This document shows, piece by piece, positions 48,167 to 57,768 of a stretch of 59,744 bases of DNA. A model generated the notes under the pieces. The model was not told the DNA's origin, ran no database searches, and saw nothing but the letters and a program-made list of their open reading frames with translations. This DNA comes from Candidatus Woesebacteria bacterium GW2011_GWA1_39_21 (GTDB lineage Bacteria > Patescibacteriota > Microgenomatia > UBA8517): assembly GCA_000993685.1 (NCBI GenBank), contig LBWP01000012.1, forward strand, positions 1-59,744, written 5' to 3'. A program made the translations under genes and the position numbers. Each line of letters starts with the position of its first letter. Position 1 is the stretch's first letter.

Positions 48167-49810
48167 ATGTCTAGTTCTGCCCAAAGTTCTCCGGTTGCAT
48201 ACCTTTGTAACGAATTTGGAATCGATAGCGACCTACCAACATACTCCGGAGGACTTGGTGTTTTAGCTGCAGATCTTATCAGCGAAGCGGCTGATCAAGA
48301 TTTTCCAATGGTCGGAGTCGGAATTTTGTACAAAGGAAAAGAATTCGTCCAGCACGTAACAAGTGACGGAACAGAAGAACAAAGAGATTCGCAGTTCGAC
48401 CATGATACATCATTCTTACGACAAACTACAATTAAAGGAAAACCTCTGATAATTAAACTTGCTTTCGACTCAGAGGAAGTTTTAATCAAATCCTACCATA
48501 TCAGACTCGGCGAACACGTTGTTTTATATTTCCTTTCAACCGACGTTGACGGAAATCCACCCGAGTGGGTTTCCGATATGGACGCCTTATACAGAGGAGA
48601 CAATAATTCGCAAATTCGACAGCAAATCATTCTCGGCATCGGTGGGGTACGCCTTCTTGAAGCTCTTGGAGTTAGCCCGTCAATTTATCATATTAACGAG
48701 GGCAGACCCGGTTTTATCATATGGGAAATCACTAAAAATATAATGCAAAAAGAGGAGCTAACTTTTGAAGATGCTTGGAATAAAGCCAAACATAAAATCG
48801 TTTACACCAATCATACGCTAGTAAGGGCAGGCAATCTCGAATACCCTGTCGAATGTGTCAGAAATTGGGCTAAACATTTTTCTGACGACCTCGGCGTCGA
48901 CGTTGACCGCTTGATCAAAGATGGTTTGATTAATCCACAAACCTTCAGCATCACACTTTTTGCACTCAACGTCTCATCAAAACGAAACGCCGTAAGTAAA
49001 GTTCATTTGGAAAACTCCAGAAACGCATGGTCGCAATATGATTGGGAATATGTCACAAACGGCATTTATCTTCCCAGATGGCAAGATAGTGACTACCGAA
49101 ATACCAACCTCAGTGACAGGGAAATTTGGGACCTTCATATGTCGAAAAAAATTGAACTTTCAAAAACAGTTTTACAAAGAACGGGTGTTGCTTATGATCC
49201 AAATAAATTAGTAATTACTTGGTCCAGAAGACTGGCGGACTACAAACAACCAAGGGTGATCTTTTCTGACATCAAACGACTTTACGACATTGTCCAAAAG
49301 CCCGGTAGGCAGGTACAAATTCTATTCTCTGGAAATTCACACTCGGCAGACCCTAATGCAAAAAACATCATCGAAGAAATAATCAAAATCATGTCTACCG
49401 TTCTTTCAGGGTCAGCAATTTTCATTCCCAACTATAACATCTCACTCGCTAATCATCTCACGTCGGGGTCTGATGTTTGGCTCAACACCCCCAAGGGTAA
49501 CCTTGAAGCAAGCGGAACTTCTGGAATGAAGGCAATATCAAACGGAGTACTAAATTGTACAGTACTCGACGGTTGGACATACGAAGTTGATTGGAAAGAC
49601 ATCGGCTGGGTACTTGATAAAGACAATATAGCAGAGGATTTCTACACCAAACTGGAAAATGAAATCGCGCCTCTGTATTACGAGAGAAATCAAAATGGAA
49701 TCCCTGAAAAATGGATCCAAAAGATGAGAAAATCAATACAAATTTCTAACAGCTTCTCATCGGGACGAGTTTTACAGGAATACAAAAATAAAATATACGG
49801 ATTAACTTAA
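48167..49810 (+). CDS. glgP: Alpha-glucan phosphorylase (short form)
   Basis: PTYSGGLGVLA.D, HINEG, YTNHT, RR..YK (PLP Lys), DVWLNTP..EASGTSGMKA. Confidence 0.9.
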   Translation: MSSSAQSSPVAYLCNEFGIDSDLPTYSGGLGVLAADLISEAADQDFPMVGVGILYKGKEFVQHVTSDGTEEQRDSQFDHDTSFLRQTTIKGKPLIIKLAFDSEEVLIKSYHIRLGEHVVLYFLSTDVDGNPPEWVSDMDALYRGDNNSQIRQQIILGIGGVRLLEALGVSPSIYHINEGRPGFIIWEITKNIMQKEELTFEDAWNKAKHKIVYTNHTLVRAGNLEYPVECVRNWAKHFSDDLGVDVDRLIKDGLINPQTFSITLFALNVSSKRNAVSKVHLENSRNAWSQYDWEYVTNGIYLPRWQDSDYRNTNLSDREIWDLHMSKKIELSKTVLQRTGVAYDPNKLVITWSRRLADYKQPRVIFSDIKRLYDIVQKPGRQVQILFSGNSHSADPNAKNIIEEIIKIMSTVLSGSAIFIPNYNISLANHLTSGSDVWLNTPKGNLEASGTSGMKAISNGVLNCTVLDGWTYEVDWKDIGWVLDKDNIAEDFYTKLENEIAPLYYERNQNGIPEKWIQKMRKSIQISNSFSSGRVLQEYKNKIYGLT

Positions 49811-50212
49811 GTGCTGTTTAACCTTCTTTACAACCTCTTCAGGGGTCTGCATTGCTTTGATCAAATAATCTAAAGCCCCTAAATTCATCACTCGGTCTTT
49901 TTCTTCCTGTTCAGCAAGATTGGTTAAAGCGATGACTTTTATCGTTTTACCTTTTGCATCGCTTCGCAGCTGTGTTAGAAGCTCAACACCAGAAAGGCGT
50001 GGAAGCATCAGATCTAAAAGAATAATATCTACTTTACTTGATAACGCTAAATGGAGACCGTCTTCCCCATTGACAGCAGTTAAAACATTAAACCCCTCAA
50101 ATTTAAACTTCTCCGAATACATCTTACTAAGTACCGGATCGTCCTCTATTAGTAAAATTGTCGGAATTTTTCCCAAATCAACCTGATCTTGTTGGACATT
50201 TTGTTGTGGCAT
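49802..50212 (-). CDS. Single-domain response regulator (receiver only)
   Basis: LLIEDD, LLDLMLP, ALTN, LIK. Confidence 0.9.
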   Translation of the reverse strand: MPQQNVQQDQVDLGKIPTILLIEDDPVLSKMYSEKFKFEGFNVLTAVNGEDGLHLALSSKVDIILLDLMLPRLSGVELLTQLRSDAKGKTIKVIALTNLAEQEEKDRVMNLGALDYLIKAMQTPEEVVKKVKQHLS

Positions 50213-50302
50213 TGTTACATACCATCATAATGCAAAAAGCAGTATCTTTTCAATTACAAAGAAAGACTTGTGAATATCTGAACTAATAAATATAATACAG
50301 TT

Positions 50303-50905
50303 ATGAGGAAGTTTTTCGGAGTTTTCATCTTGTTTTTACTAATTATCTTTTCAGCAAAAACCGCCTCAGGTGCTGAAGGAACCTTCGAATTACGAAGCAC
50401 CGACAGCAATGGCTATAAATGCTTTGCAGCATCGCTTCAGCAACAAAATCTAAATTATAAGGTTTTGGTCTCATGTAGAAACATTATCTTTCCAGTTGAC
50501 GATACGATTTACACCTACGTGTTGTGGGCAAATCCTCAAGACGGAGGCTCCGCCATAAAACTTGGTTCAATTGGACTTGGAAGAGCTGAGTTTATCCTCA
50601 AACCGGCATTTACAAGCCTCTTTATAACCGCTGAACAAAATCCAAGTGTCAAAACACCGGCGGGAAACGTCGTAATGAAAGGCAGCATCAAACCAATCAC
50701 CTTCCTTGAAAAGCAAATAACCAGCGCAAATCAGGAGACAACAGATCAGGAGAGCGCTTCCACTGTCGAAACGCCATCGCCAACACCGGCAGGAACCTCG
50801 GTTCGGGATAGACTTTTAACGGGGTTGAAAAGAGCTGGTCTGGCATCGGGCCTTGCACTAGTTGCAATTTTAGGACTCGTTTTCGTTCTTACAAGACCAA
50901 GGTAA
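50303..50905 (+). CDS. Secreted protein with C-terminal TM anchor
   Basis: Signal peptide, beta-domain (Y.LW, LFITAE; RskA-C-like), S/T linker, TM plus RPR tail. Confidence 0.6.
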   Translation: MRKFFGVFILFLLIIFSAKTASGAEGTFELRSTDSNGYKCFAASLQQQNLNYKVLVSCRNIIFPVDDTIYTYVLWANPQDGGSAIKLGSIGLGRAEFILKPAFTSLFITAEQNPSVKTPAGNVVMKGSIKPITFLEKQITSANQETTDQESASTVETPSPTPAGTSVRDRLLTGLKRAGLASGLALVAILGLVFVLTRPR

Positions 50906-50912
50906 TCTATTC

Positions 50913-51335
50913 TTACGGAAGGTACTTCTTAATCACCTCAACTACTTGACCTGGAGTATAGTTTGACTTAACAAGATAATCCTTCACACCATAACTTCTA
51001 ATTTTTTCCTCGTCGTCTGAACCACTCAAATTAGTTAAAGCGATCACCGGAACATCTTTTCCCTTTTCGTCCTGCCGAAGCCTCACAAGCAGATCGATTC
51101 CAGACAATTTAGGTATTAAAATATCAAGAAGGATAAGGTCAACTTTTTGACTGACAGCATAATTCAACCCCTGAAGTCCGTCTTCTGCAATGAGAACATT
51201 ATAACCCTCAATTTCAAGCTTCTCCCTATAGATCCCGACTAAAAAGGGATCATCTTCTATCAGAAGAATTACTTTTTTACCAGGTTCTGACACCAGAGGA
51301 TTTGTCTCTGACGCAGCTTGAATATCATCCGCCAT
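50913..51335 (-). CDS. Single-domain response regulator (receiver only)
   Basis: LLIEDD, LLDILIP, ALTN, LVK. Confidence 0.9.
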   Translation of the reverse strand: MADDIQAASETNPLVSEPGKKVILLIEDDPFLVGIYREKLEIEGYNVLIAEDGLQGLNYAVSQKVDLILLDILIPKLSGIDLLVRLRQDEKGKDVPVIALTNLSGSDDEEKIRSYGVKDYLVKSNYTPGQVVEVIKKYLP

Positions 51336-51436
51336 GTCTGAAATTTATTATAGCAAGCGTAAAATAAAATGCCATATTCGTTTTACGCGCAGGTATATAA
51401 TCTCTTACATATTTTACTAATTTAAGTAAGAGGAGT

Positions 51437-53032
51437 TTATACCTTTTTTACAACCGGTAGTTCAAACCAAAAATTACTGCCTTTATCAGGCTCGGAGTTC
51501 AAACCTTGCGTTCCACCAAACTTTTCAATCAAAAGCTTTGTAATGTAAAGCCCCAGTCCCGTACCAAAAGTTTTTCCCGATGTCGATTCGGCCCTATAAA
51601 ATTTCTGGAATAATCTACTTTGTTCCTCTTTTGATATTCCGGGTCCTGTATCGACAACTTCCACCTTCACAAAACCAGGTATTGGATTACTCATTACAAT
51701 GTTAACTTTTCCTTTTTCGGTAAATTTAATGGCATTGCTTACAAAATTACTGATCACTTCCCTAATCCTGTCTGGATCAACTTTAACATTATCTTCCAAG
51801 CCGTTTGGAACCACCAATTTAAAGTCTAACTTTTTTCTCTCGGCTTCAACTCGAAATGAATAATATGTTTCCTGAATTGCGCGGATTAAGCTTGTTTCTT
51901 CCATTTGATAGACAATCCTGCCTTCTTCAATTCTTGAAACGTTAAGCATGTTGTTTACTAAACGTACCAGCCTATCCGTAACCGCCATGGCATCAGCTAA
52001 AAATTGCCGCGCCTTTTCGGGTATGTCTCCGGTATCTCCTTCGATAATCATCGAAACATAACCTTTGATGGCAGTTAATGGCGAACGCAACTCATGCGCA
52101 GCCATACTGACAAACTCATCCTTTTGTTTGTCCAAGTCTTCTAACCTCTTGTTCAAAAGTTGCAGCTGTTCACGTTGTCTAACTTCACGTATCACACTTC
52201 GAATTAACAATATACCAACTACCAACAGTGCAATAAAAACACCACTTCTAAAGAAGATCTCACCAAACGATGAAGACAATACAACTTCTGCAAACGATAA
52301 AATAATCAAAAGTACAGTAACTACTTCTGTTCCGATAATTTTAACGTTTAATAATTCGTGTCTTGAGATTGCATAAAAGGTAAAAAATACAAAAGGAAGC
52401 ATAAAAATACCACTTAGGGGTACAAAGCTGGAATTGTCAAAAACTGTAGTAAACAAAAAATTAAACACCAAGATAAACCCAAACATCATCAAAACCCCCA
52501 ATAATAGAAATACAAATTGCAATCGGGCATTACCTTTAGAACTTATCAATCGCTTTATTAAAATAATTAGACCAGCAATCACAGACGAGACCGCTACTAT
52601 GGCAAAAAGACCCATCCCGGGAGCAGGTATTGGTTGAGGAGTGACTCCCTCCTTTATAATCACTTCTGAGTACATTAATGGAGTCAGTGTAATCACTGAA
52701 ACTACAAACAATACCGGTACGTAAATGAACTTAACCAATTTAGAAAATTTATATTTCTCTTGTGGGAAAATATATGTTAGTAAAAAGAACAGCCCTGCTT
52801 GGTATACCGCAAAAAACATCACAAGTCTTACAGAAAGAGCGCCAAATACAGGGTCGAAAATTTTGTAACTTATATAATTAGCTATTCCCCATAGCGCACT
52901 AACAATAGTAAACAGAAGAAACAATCGGTTGGTTACACTCTTGCGGTTACTAAAATAAATAATGAAACCCAATATAGATATTGCTGCAACAGCAATCCCT
53001 AAAGCTAATAGGTCAAGATTTAAGACAGGCAT
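51437..53032 (-). CDS. Histidine kinase with HisKA_7TM-like intramembrane sensor
   Basis: About nine TM helices (NRLF, FP, YAI.RH.L), AAHELRSPL, N..SNAIKFT, DTGPGI, GTGLGL. Confidence 0.9.
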   Translation of the reverse strand: MPVLNLDLLALGIAVAAISILGFIIYFSNRKSVTNRLFLLFTIVSALWGIANYISYKIFDPVFGALSVRLVMFFAVYQAGLFFLLTYIFPQEKYKFSKLVKFIYVPVLFVVSVITLTPLMYSEVIIKEGVTPQPIPAPGMGLFAIVAVSSVIAGLIILIKRLISSKGNARLQFVFLLLGVLMMFGFILVFNFLFTTVFDNSSFVPLSGIFMLPFVFFTFYAISRHELLNVKIIGTEVVTVLLIILSFAEVVLSSSFGEIFFRSGVFIALLVVGILLIRSVIREVRQREQLQLLNKRLEDLDKQKDEFVSMAAHELRSPLTAIKGYVSMIIEGDTGDIPEKARQFLADAMAVTDRLVRLVNNMLNVSRIEEGRIVYQMEETSLIRAIQETYYSFRVEAERKKLDFKLVVPNGLEDNVKVDPDRIREVISNFVSNAIKFTEKGKVNIVMSNPIPGFVKVEVVDTGPGISKEEQSRLFQKFYRAESTSGKTFGTGLGLYITKLLIEKFGGTQGLNSEPDKGSNFWFELPVVKKV

Positions 53033-53070
53033 TCTATATTATTTATAACACTTCCGAGATACATCCGCTA

Positions 53071-54603
53071 TTACTTCTCGATCGAGGGTTCACTTTTAAT
53101 CCATTTCTGCTTTCCACCAGATTTAAAAAATTCAGGATATTCATATGGCCACAACAACACCACAGGCTCCTGTCTCTCTCTCAAAGCACGATAATTCGAT
53201 GTGTATTCAGAATTTTCTTGAAGTAAAGATTTGACTACTTCAATTTTTATTTTTTTAGCCAGACTGTCAGTTTTAGTGATACCTTTTTTTAATTCTACAT
53301 TAATTTCTAGAAACTGATTTTGATTCTTATTATACTTGATCATTAACGTAAATTTTGACGTTATATACTCTTCAAAATGGCTTTGTTGTAAAGCGTGTCT
53401 TATAGTATCTGGGAAAATATTCGCGCCGTAGAGTTTGACGACAAAATCTTTCCTCTCGTAAAGATAGACAAACGGCAATTTCCATACTTGTATATTCATC
53501 TCAGTTAATCTCTTATCAAGATAAATACCCTCTTCGTTAAATTTACGAGTCAATTCAACATATCCAATAATGCCCCCATAGTCTTTAAGGTTATATCTTA
53601 CAAAAGGTATACCACTCCAACCGGTACAAAATAACACATTGTTATTTTCTTCGAAATAGAATAATTCTGGAAAATATTGTGTTAGAGTTGGTAGTCTGTT
53701 AGTCTCCGGGAAAATCCTGGGTGTAATTTTTGGATGCTCATTTAGAAGTACTCTAACTAAAATAGTTAATGGCGTTTCATGGGCCATTGTTCCCATGTCT
53801 GCAGTACCATAATGATTTAGTGATCGCTTAAAATAATCTTTTATCTTTGCTCTTTCGTAAATATAATTCCTAAACTCTTCAGTGAAACCTTCAGCTGAAA
53901 AAATAAATCCCAGATTATATTTTTTCCAGTCAACCCCTAAACTTGCCCCCTCATCTATCACATCTTTTACTAACGGAGGGTAACCCCCGATGATTACCTG
54001 ATCAAATCTGTTCCCTAATGATATTACAGCTTTTAAGATTTCCTCTTTAAATATTCCGGGCGTATAAATTGTAAGTGGGTATTTTCCCCTTTCTGCAACA
54101 ATCCTTATTGCCTCGTAAGTAAAAAGTCCACCAATCCACGCACCCATAGCAAAGCAATCCAAATATAAAGTCGTCTTTTTATGAATATCGAAATTATTCC
54201 TTAGATATAGCTCTGCCAATAATGCATATTGACCATCTTGTTCTTTTTCTCTCGGAAAATAAAAAGGTTCTCCAGTAGAACCTGAGTTAGTAGAAATCGT
54301 CCAACGTCTTTCGACAAAGTTTCCATCCCAACACAGTTCTTGGATTGAATACTTCCGTAAATAATTGTCTTTATCAAGCGGAGGGATTTTTTTGAAGTCT
54401 TCAATTTTTTTAATTGTGTCCGGACTAATATTATTTTTTTTCAAAAAGTCCTTGTATGCCGGAACTCTTTGCGACATCAATTTGAAGAGTTTCAAAGCAC
54501 GATTTTCCCCTCTTCGTACCCAGTATTCTTCAGGTTTCGTTTTCAGCTTACTTTCAAGACTTAAAACATTTTTGAATCCGTAGGGTATTTTTTGGATTTG
54601 CAT
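53071..54603 (-). CDS. PaaK-like (phenylacetate-CoA ligase family) adenylate-forming enzyme
   Basis: VPAY, STNSGSTGEP P-loop, FSAE, HYGTAD, RYNLKD, ERKD, G.NIFP. Confidence 0.85.
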   Translation of the reverse strand: MQIQKIPYGFKNVLSLESKLKTKPEEYWVRRGENRALKLFKLMSQRVPAYKDFLKKNNISPDTIKKIEDFKKIPPLDKDNYLRKYSIQELCWDGNFVERRWTISTNSGSTGEPFYFPREKEQDGQYALLAELYLRNNFDIHKKTTLYLDCFAMGAWIGGLFTYEAIRIVAERGKYPLTIYTPGIFKEEILKAVISLGNRFDQVIIGGYPPLVKDVIDEGASLGVDWKKYNLGFIFSAEGFTEEFRNYIYERAKIKDYFKRSLNHYGTADMGTMAHETPLTILVRVLLNEHPKITPRIFPETNRLPTLTQYFPELFYFEENNNVLFCTGWSGIPFVRYNLKDYGGIIGYVELTRKFNEEGIYLDKRLTEMNIQVWKLPFVYLYERKDFVVKLYGANIFPDTIRHALQQSHFEEYITSKFTLMIKYNKNQNQFLEINVELKKGITKTDSLAKKIKIEVVKSLLQENSEYTSNYRALRERQEPVVLLWPYEYPEFFKSGGKQKWIKSEPSIEK

Positions 54604-54604
54604 C

Positions 54605-55651
54605 TTATTTCAATCTCATTATTCTTTCGCCTGCAAGCTCATTTGATATCGCCAAAGTGGACAATTTTCTCCTTCTGCTGAGTTCTAAAATTTTTTTCAG
54701 CATCAATTTTGTTCCTGCAACCTTCTTTCTAACATATTGTGTATTCAACCCATGGTTTTCATACTCTGCATAAACACTTATCAAACCTCCGGAATTAACA
54801 ACATAATCTGGTGCATATAAGATGGACCTCTTGTACAAAACATCTGCAACACCGTCACTTTCTAATTGATTATTAGCACCACCCGCTATAACAGAACAAT
54901 TTAACAGCTTAATCGTTTTGAAATTTAAGCAATTGCTCAATGCACAAGGACAAAAAGCGTCAACTTTCTGATTAAAAATCTTACCCGAATCAACGACTTT
55001 CACATTTGGATATTTCATCATAATCCTTTTTAGAGTTAATTTATCGACATCGGATACATAAATGTTATGCGAATGGTTATATATTAACCTCAAAAGTTCG
55101 CCTCCAATTTTTCCAACACCTTGAATCGCAAAGCTTTTTCCTTCCAGACTTTCTTTCCCATAAACTTCTTTTAAACACGCTTGGATCGAGTAAAACAAAC
55201 CCAAACCAGTATACTTTACTGGGTCGACATTCACTCCAACAAAGTATCTACTAAAGCGTCGCATCATAATTACATCGTCTCTACTAATTCCAACGTCTGC
55301 ACCTGTTATAAAATGTCCACCTAATAGATTCACTTTTTTTGAGTATGCTTTCAAGAATTCTCTTCTGTTTTTTATTTTTCCTTCTGCTACTATCACCGCT
55401 TTTGCTCCACCACACTTTAAACCCGCCAATGCCGCTTTTCGCGACATTGTTTTTGAAAGTCTCAAAGAATCAACCAATGCCTCGTTATAAGACCTGTAAT
55501 TCCAAATCCTCGTAGCTCCAAATGCTGGAATATCATTATTTCCCCGATGTATAGAGATGAATCCATTTAAATCCGTTTCGCTATCGTGGAAAAAGGTTAC
55601 CAGTCTGTGGTCGTCAAAATCCTCCAGTTGTTTTACCAAATCCAGATCCAT
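54605..55651 (-). CDS. Leu/Phe/Val-type amino acid dehydrogenase
   Basis: GATR, LS..M..K, GGAK, GADVG, QGVGKIG, GGANNQL, APDYVVNSGG. Confidence 0.9.
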   Translation of the reverse strand: MDLDLVKQLEDFDDHRLVTFFHDSETDLNGFISIHRGNNDIPAFGATRIWNYRSYNEALVDSLRLSKTMSRKAALAGLKCGGAKAVIVAEGKIKNRREFLKAYSKKVNLLGGHFITGADVGISRDDVIMMRRFSRYFVGVNVDPVKYTGLGLFYSIQACLKEVYGKESLEGKSFAIQGVGKIGGELLRLIYNHSHNIYVSDVDKLTLKRIMMKYPNVKVVDSGKIFNQKVDAFCPCALSNCLNFKTIKLLNCSVIAGGANNQLESDGVADVLYKRSILYAPDYVVNSGGLISVYAEYENHGLNTQYVRKKVAGTKLMLKKILELSRRRKLSTLAISNELAGERIMRLK

Positions 55652-55653
55652 AA

Positions 55654-56721
55654 TTAATCTAACCTCGATATCGGATAAAGATATTCTTTAATAAACCTTT
55701 CCCGACTTTCTCCCCGCACAATCCTTTTTATTGCAACCGTTACTGCAATACCCCCCAAAAGAGCAGCGCTTCCCAATTGCGGCCACGAAACTAGTTTTTT
55801 TGCTATCACTTTGTTGGCGGAAAGCAACATTCTAGAATCAACTTTATCAGGACCTCCAACTATCTGGTTTATAACAATATCTGCAAAGTCTTTTCTCGGA
55901 TCATATTGTCTCAATCTCTTTCTCCAATAATCGACGTCTTTCTCAAAAAATTTTTTATACCCTAAATCGTACCGTTCAATGTGCAAAACTGCCCAATCAC
56001 CATTGTCAGTCACCATTAAGACAGGGGTTTTATACTTTATTGCCAACTTCCTAATCTCAATTTTTAATAACATGTTATCAATTTCTTCGACAATACAATC
56101 AATTTTTTTTGATTTTAGAAGATTTTCAAGCTGGGGACTGGAAATGCCCTTGGTTAAGGCGGACACTTTTGCATAAGGATTATCTTCGTAAATTCTTCTT
56201 GCAGCAATAACACATTTATTTAAACCAACCTGATAAACACCAGCCCAAATTCTATTTAGGTTCGTTGTATCCAATTCGTCAAAATCTGCAATTGTAATAT
56301 TTTTAGAAATTCCAGACTGTGTTAAAACAAAAGCAATGTTACTGCCAACACTCATTCCAAACACCGCAACTTTATAATCTCGAAGCCGCTTCTGTTCTTC
56401 GGCAGTAATAAGATCCTGATTGCGATTTGTCTTAAGTCTAAAGTAATCTGCTTCTTTAACACACTTCACTAGTGAATAATTCCAGGGATAATAAACGTAT
56501 AAAAAATCATCTTTTTTCTTGTTCCTGTATTTATTAAATTCAGGGGATTTGCAAACTTCCGTTTTATCTTGACCGATGAATTGAAGGTTATCGATAAAAA
56601 AAAGTTCCTTGATTTGCCTTTCAAAAGCATCGTTGACATATATGTCTTGATGCTTATTAATAATTTTTTTTACAGTTGAAGGATCCTCAAATACAATTGG
56701 TTTAATATCAATTTTCGTCAT
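55654..56721 (-). CDS. ThiF/E1-like adenylyltransferase, Rv1355c-like (no nitroreductase domain)
   Basis: VYYPW, TNRNQDLITAEEQ, FGMSVGS, ADFDELDTTNLNR, EEID, SWPQL. Confidence 0.85.
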   Translation of the reverse strand: MTKIDIKPIVFEDPSTVKKIINKHQDIYVNDAFERQIKELFFIDNLQFIGQDKTEVCKSPEFNKYRNKKKDDFLYVYYPWNYSLVKCVKEADYFRLKTNRNQDLITAEEQKRLRDYKVAVFGMSVGSNIAFVLTQSGISKNITIADFDELDTTNLNRIWAGVYQVGLNKCVIAARRIYEDNPYAKVSALTKGISSPQLENLLKSKKIDCIVEEIDNMLLKIEIRKLAIKYKTPVLMVTDNGDWAVLHIERYDLGYKKFFEKDVDYWRKRLRQYDPRKDFADIVINQIVGGPDKVDSRMLLSANKVIAKKLVSWPQLGSAALLGGIAVTVAIKRIVRGESRERFIKEYLYPISRLD

Positions 56722-56749
56722 AATTTATCTCCTACAATTTTTCCGGTAA

Positions 56750-56837
56750 CAAAAACCGCCTTGGTAGGCGGTTAAATAATAAATGACTGTTAGTCATTAA
56801 CTAAACTAAAAAGAATCTCCTGCAAATAGAATTTCAT
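56750..56837 (-). promoter_or_regulatory. Short leader ORF plus hairpin and terminator directly upstream of the ThiF operon
   Basis: ORF 56837-56790 MKFYLQEILFSLVND*; hairpin AATGACT-AAC-AGTCATT; terminator AACCGCCT-ACCA-AGGCGGTT-TTT about 30 nt before the ThiF ATG. Confidence 0.5.
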
Positions 56838-56893
56838 AATCTTATCTTCAATTCTAAAGTTATAGGCGTAATAAATCAACGATTTAAAAATAA

Positions 56894-57389
56894 CTACGGG
56901 GTATAGCGGAAGGATTGAGCTATTAGGTCAAGATCAGAATATAAATCAACATCTTTTGTCGATAAAGAATACACAATTCCTCTAACATAGATATAATAAA
57001 ATTTATCCTTCTCTATCATTCCAGTAATTGCAGGGTAAGAAGCAACAATCAAATCTTTTTTGTTTGTTAATGTGAATTTATTTTTCACTTCTAAGTCATT
57101 CAGATAATCTGTTAAATCACTGTAATTAGTACCGTTAATATTAATATATATTACCTGATGACGAGGAAATAATAACACTTCCCATTTTTTCTATGACATC
57201 ATAATTATCTGGTACTAGTATAGTAAAATCCATAGAACTTGAAGATATGAAAGTTTTCATATCATTATTTACAGGTGTCAGGGTAGGAATTATTTTCAAT
57301 GCAATGTGCGTGTTCGATCTCTTTAAAATAAGACCTAGCAAGATAATTAGTACAATCAAAACCGACGCAAGAAAGATTACTTTTTTCAT
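56894..57389 (-). pseudogene. Membrane-anchored PsbP-like protein, frameshifted (ORFs 57141-57389 and 56894-57178)
   Basis: Adding one AT unit to the AT run at ~57143-57151 fuses ..SSSSGNIY with ININGTNY..; FTI.VP..Y and IAQSFRY motifs. Confidence 0.7.
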
Positions 57390-57391
57390 AT

Positions 57392-57585
57392 TTAATATCC
57401 GTATACTAAGTTACCATTATCTGTATTAATAAATAATAGCACCAATCCGTCCAACATTTCTTTAGGATCTCTTATTCCTGTCTCTTTTCTCTTTTGTAAA
57501 TACCGAAGTTTTGTTTGAATCAGTTCTGTAGTTAAACCAGATAATATCGTTATCTTTTACTGCCCAGATTTGATTTATCGAAAAA
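57392..57585 (-). pseudogene. Degraded 3' fragment of an upstream gene
   Basis: Broken frames ..NQIWAVKDNDIIWFNYRTDS.. and ..ETGIRDPKEMLDGLVLLFINTDNGNLVYGY*, stopping 2 nt before the next ATG. Confidence 0.4.
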
Positions 57586-57689
57586 TAGCTTTTATCTCTT
57601 TTCAAAACGTAAAGAGTGGTAAACAAGTTCTTGTCAAAGTTTTGAGTTTCACAATATTTTAAATTGATGAGGATTCGGGAGTGGATAAT

Positions 57690-57725
57690 TTATGGGGTAT
57701 AACGGAAGGATTGGGCAATCTGGTC
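57690..57725 (-). pseudogene. Orphan 3' end of a paralog of 56894-57389
   Basis: Encodes DQIAQSFRYTP* versus DLIAQSFRYTP* at 56894-56929. Confidence 0.75.
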
Positions 57726-57768
57726 AATAACTTGACCAACCACTCAAAATACAAGTACACTAAACTAG

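Noticed and set aside
55654-56721. ThiF as a thiamine/molybdopterin or CBASS/ubiquitin-like E1 enzyme
   Set aside because: No ThiS/MoaD, E2, JAB or cyclase neighbours, and no C-terminal CxxC zinc motifs; the motifs match the Rv1355c-like type.
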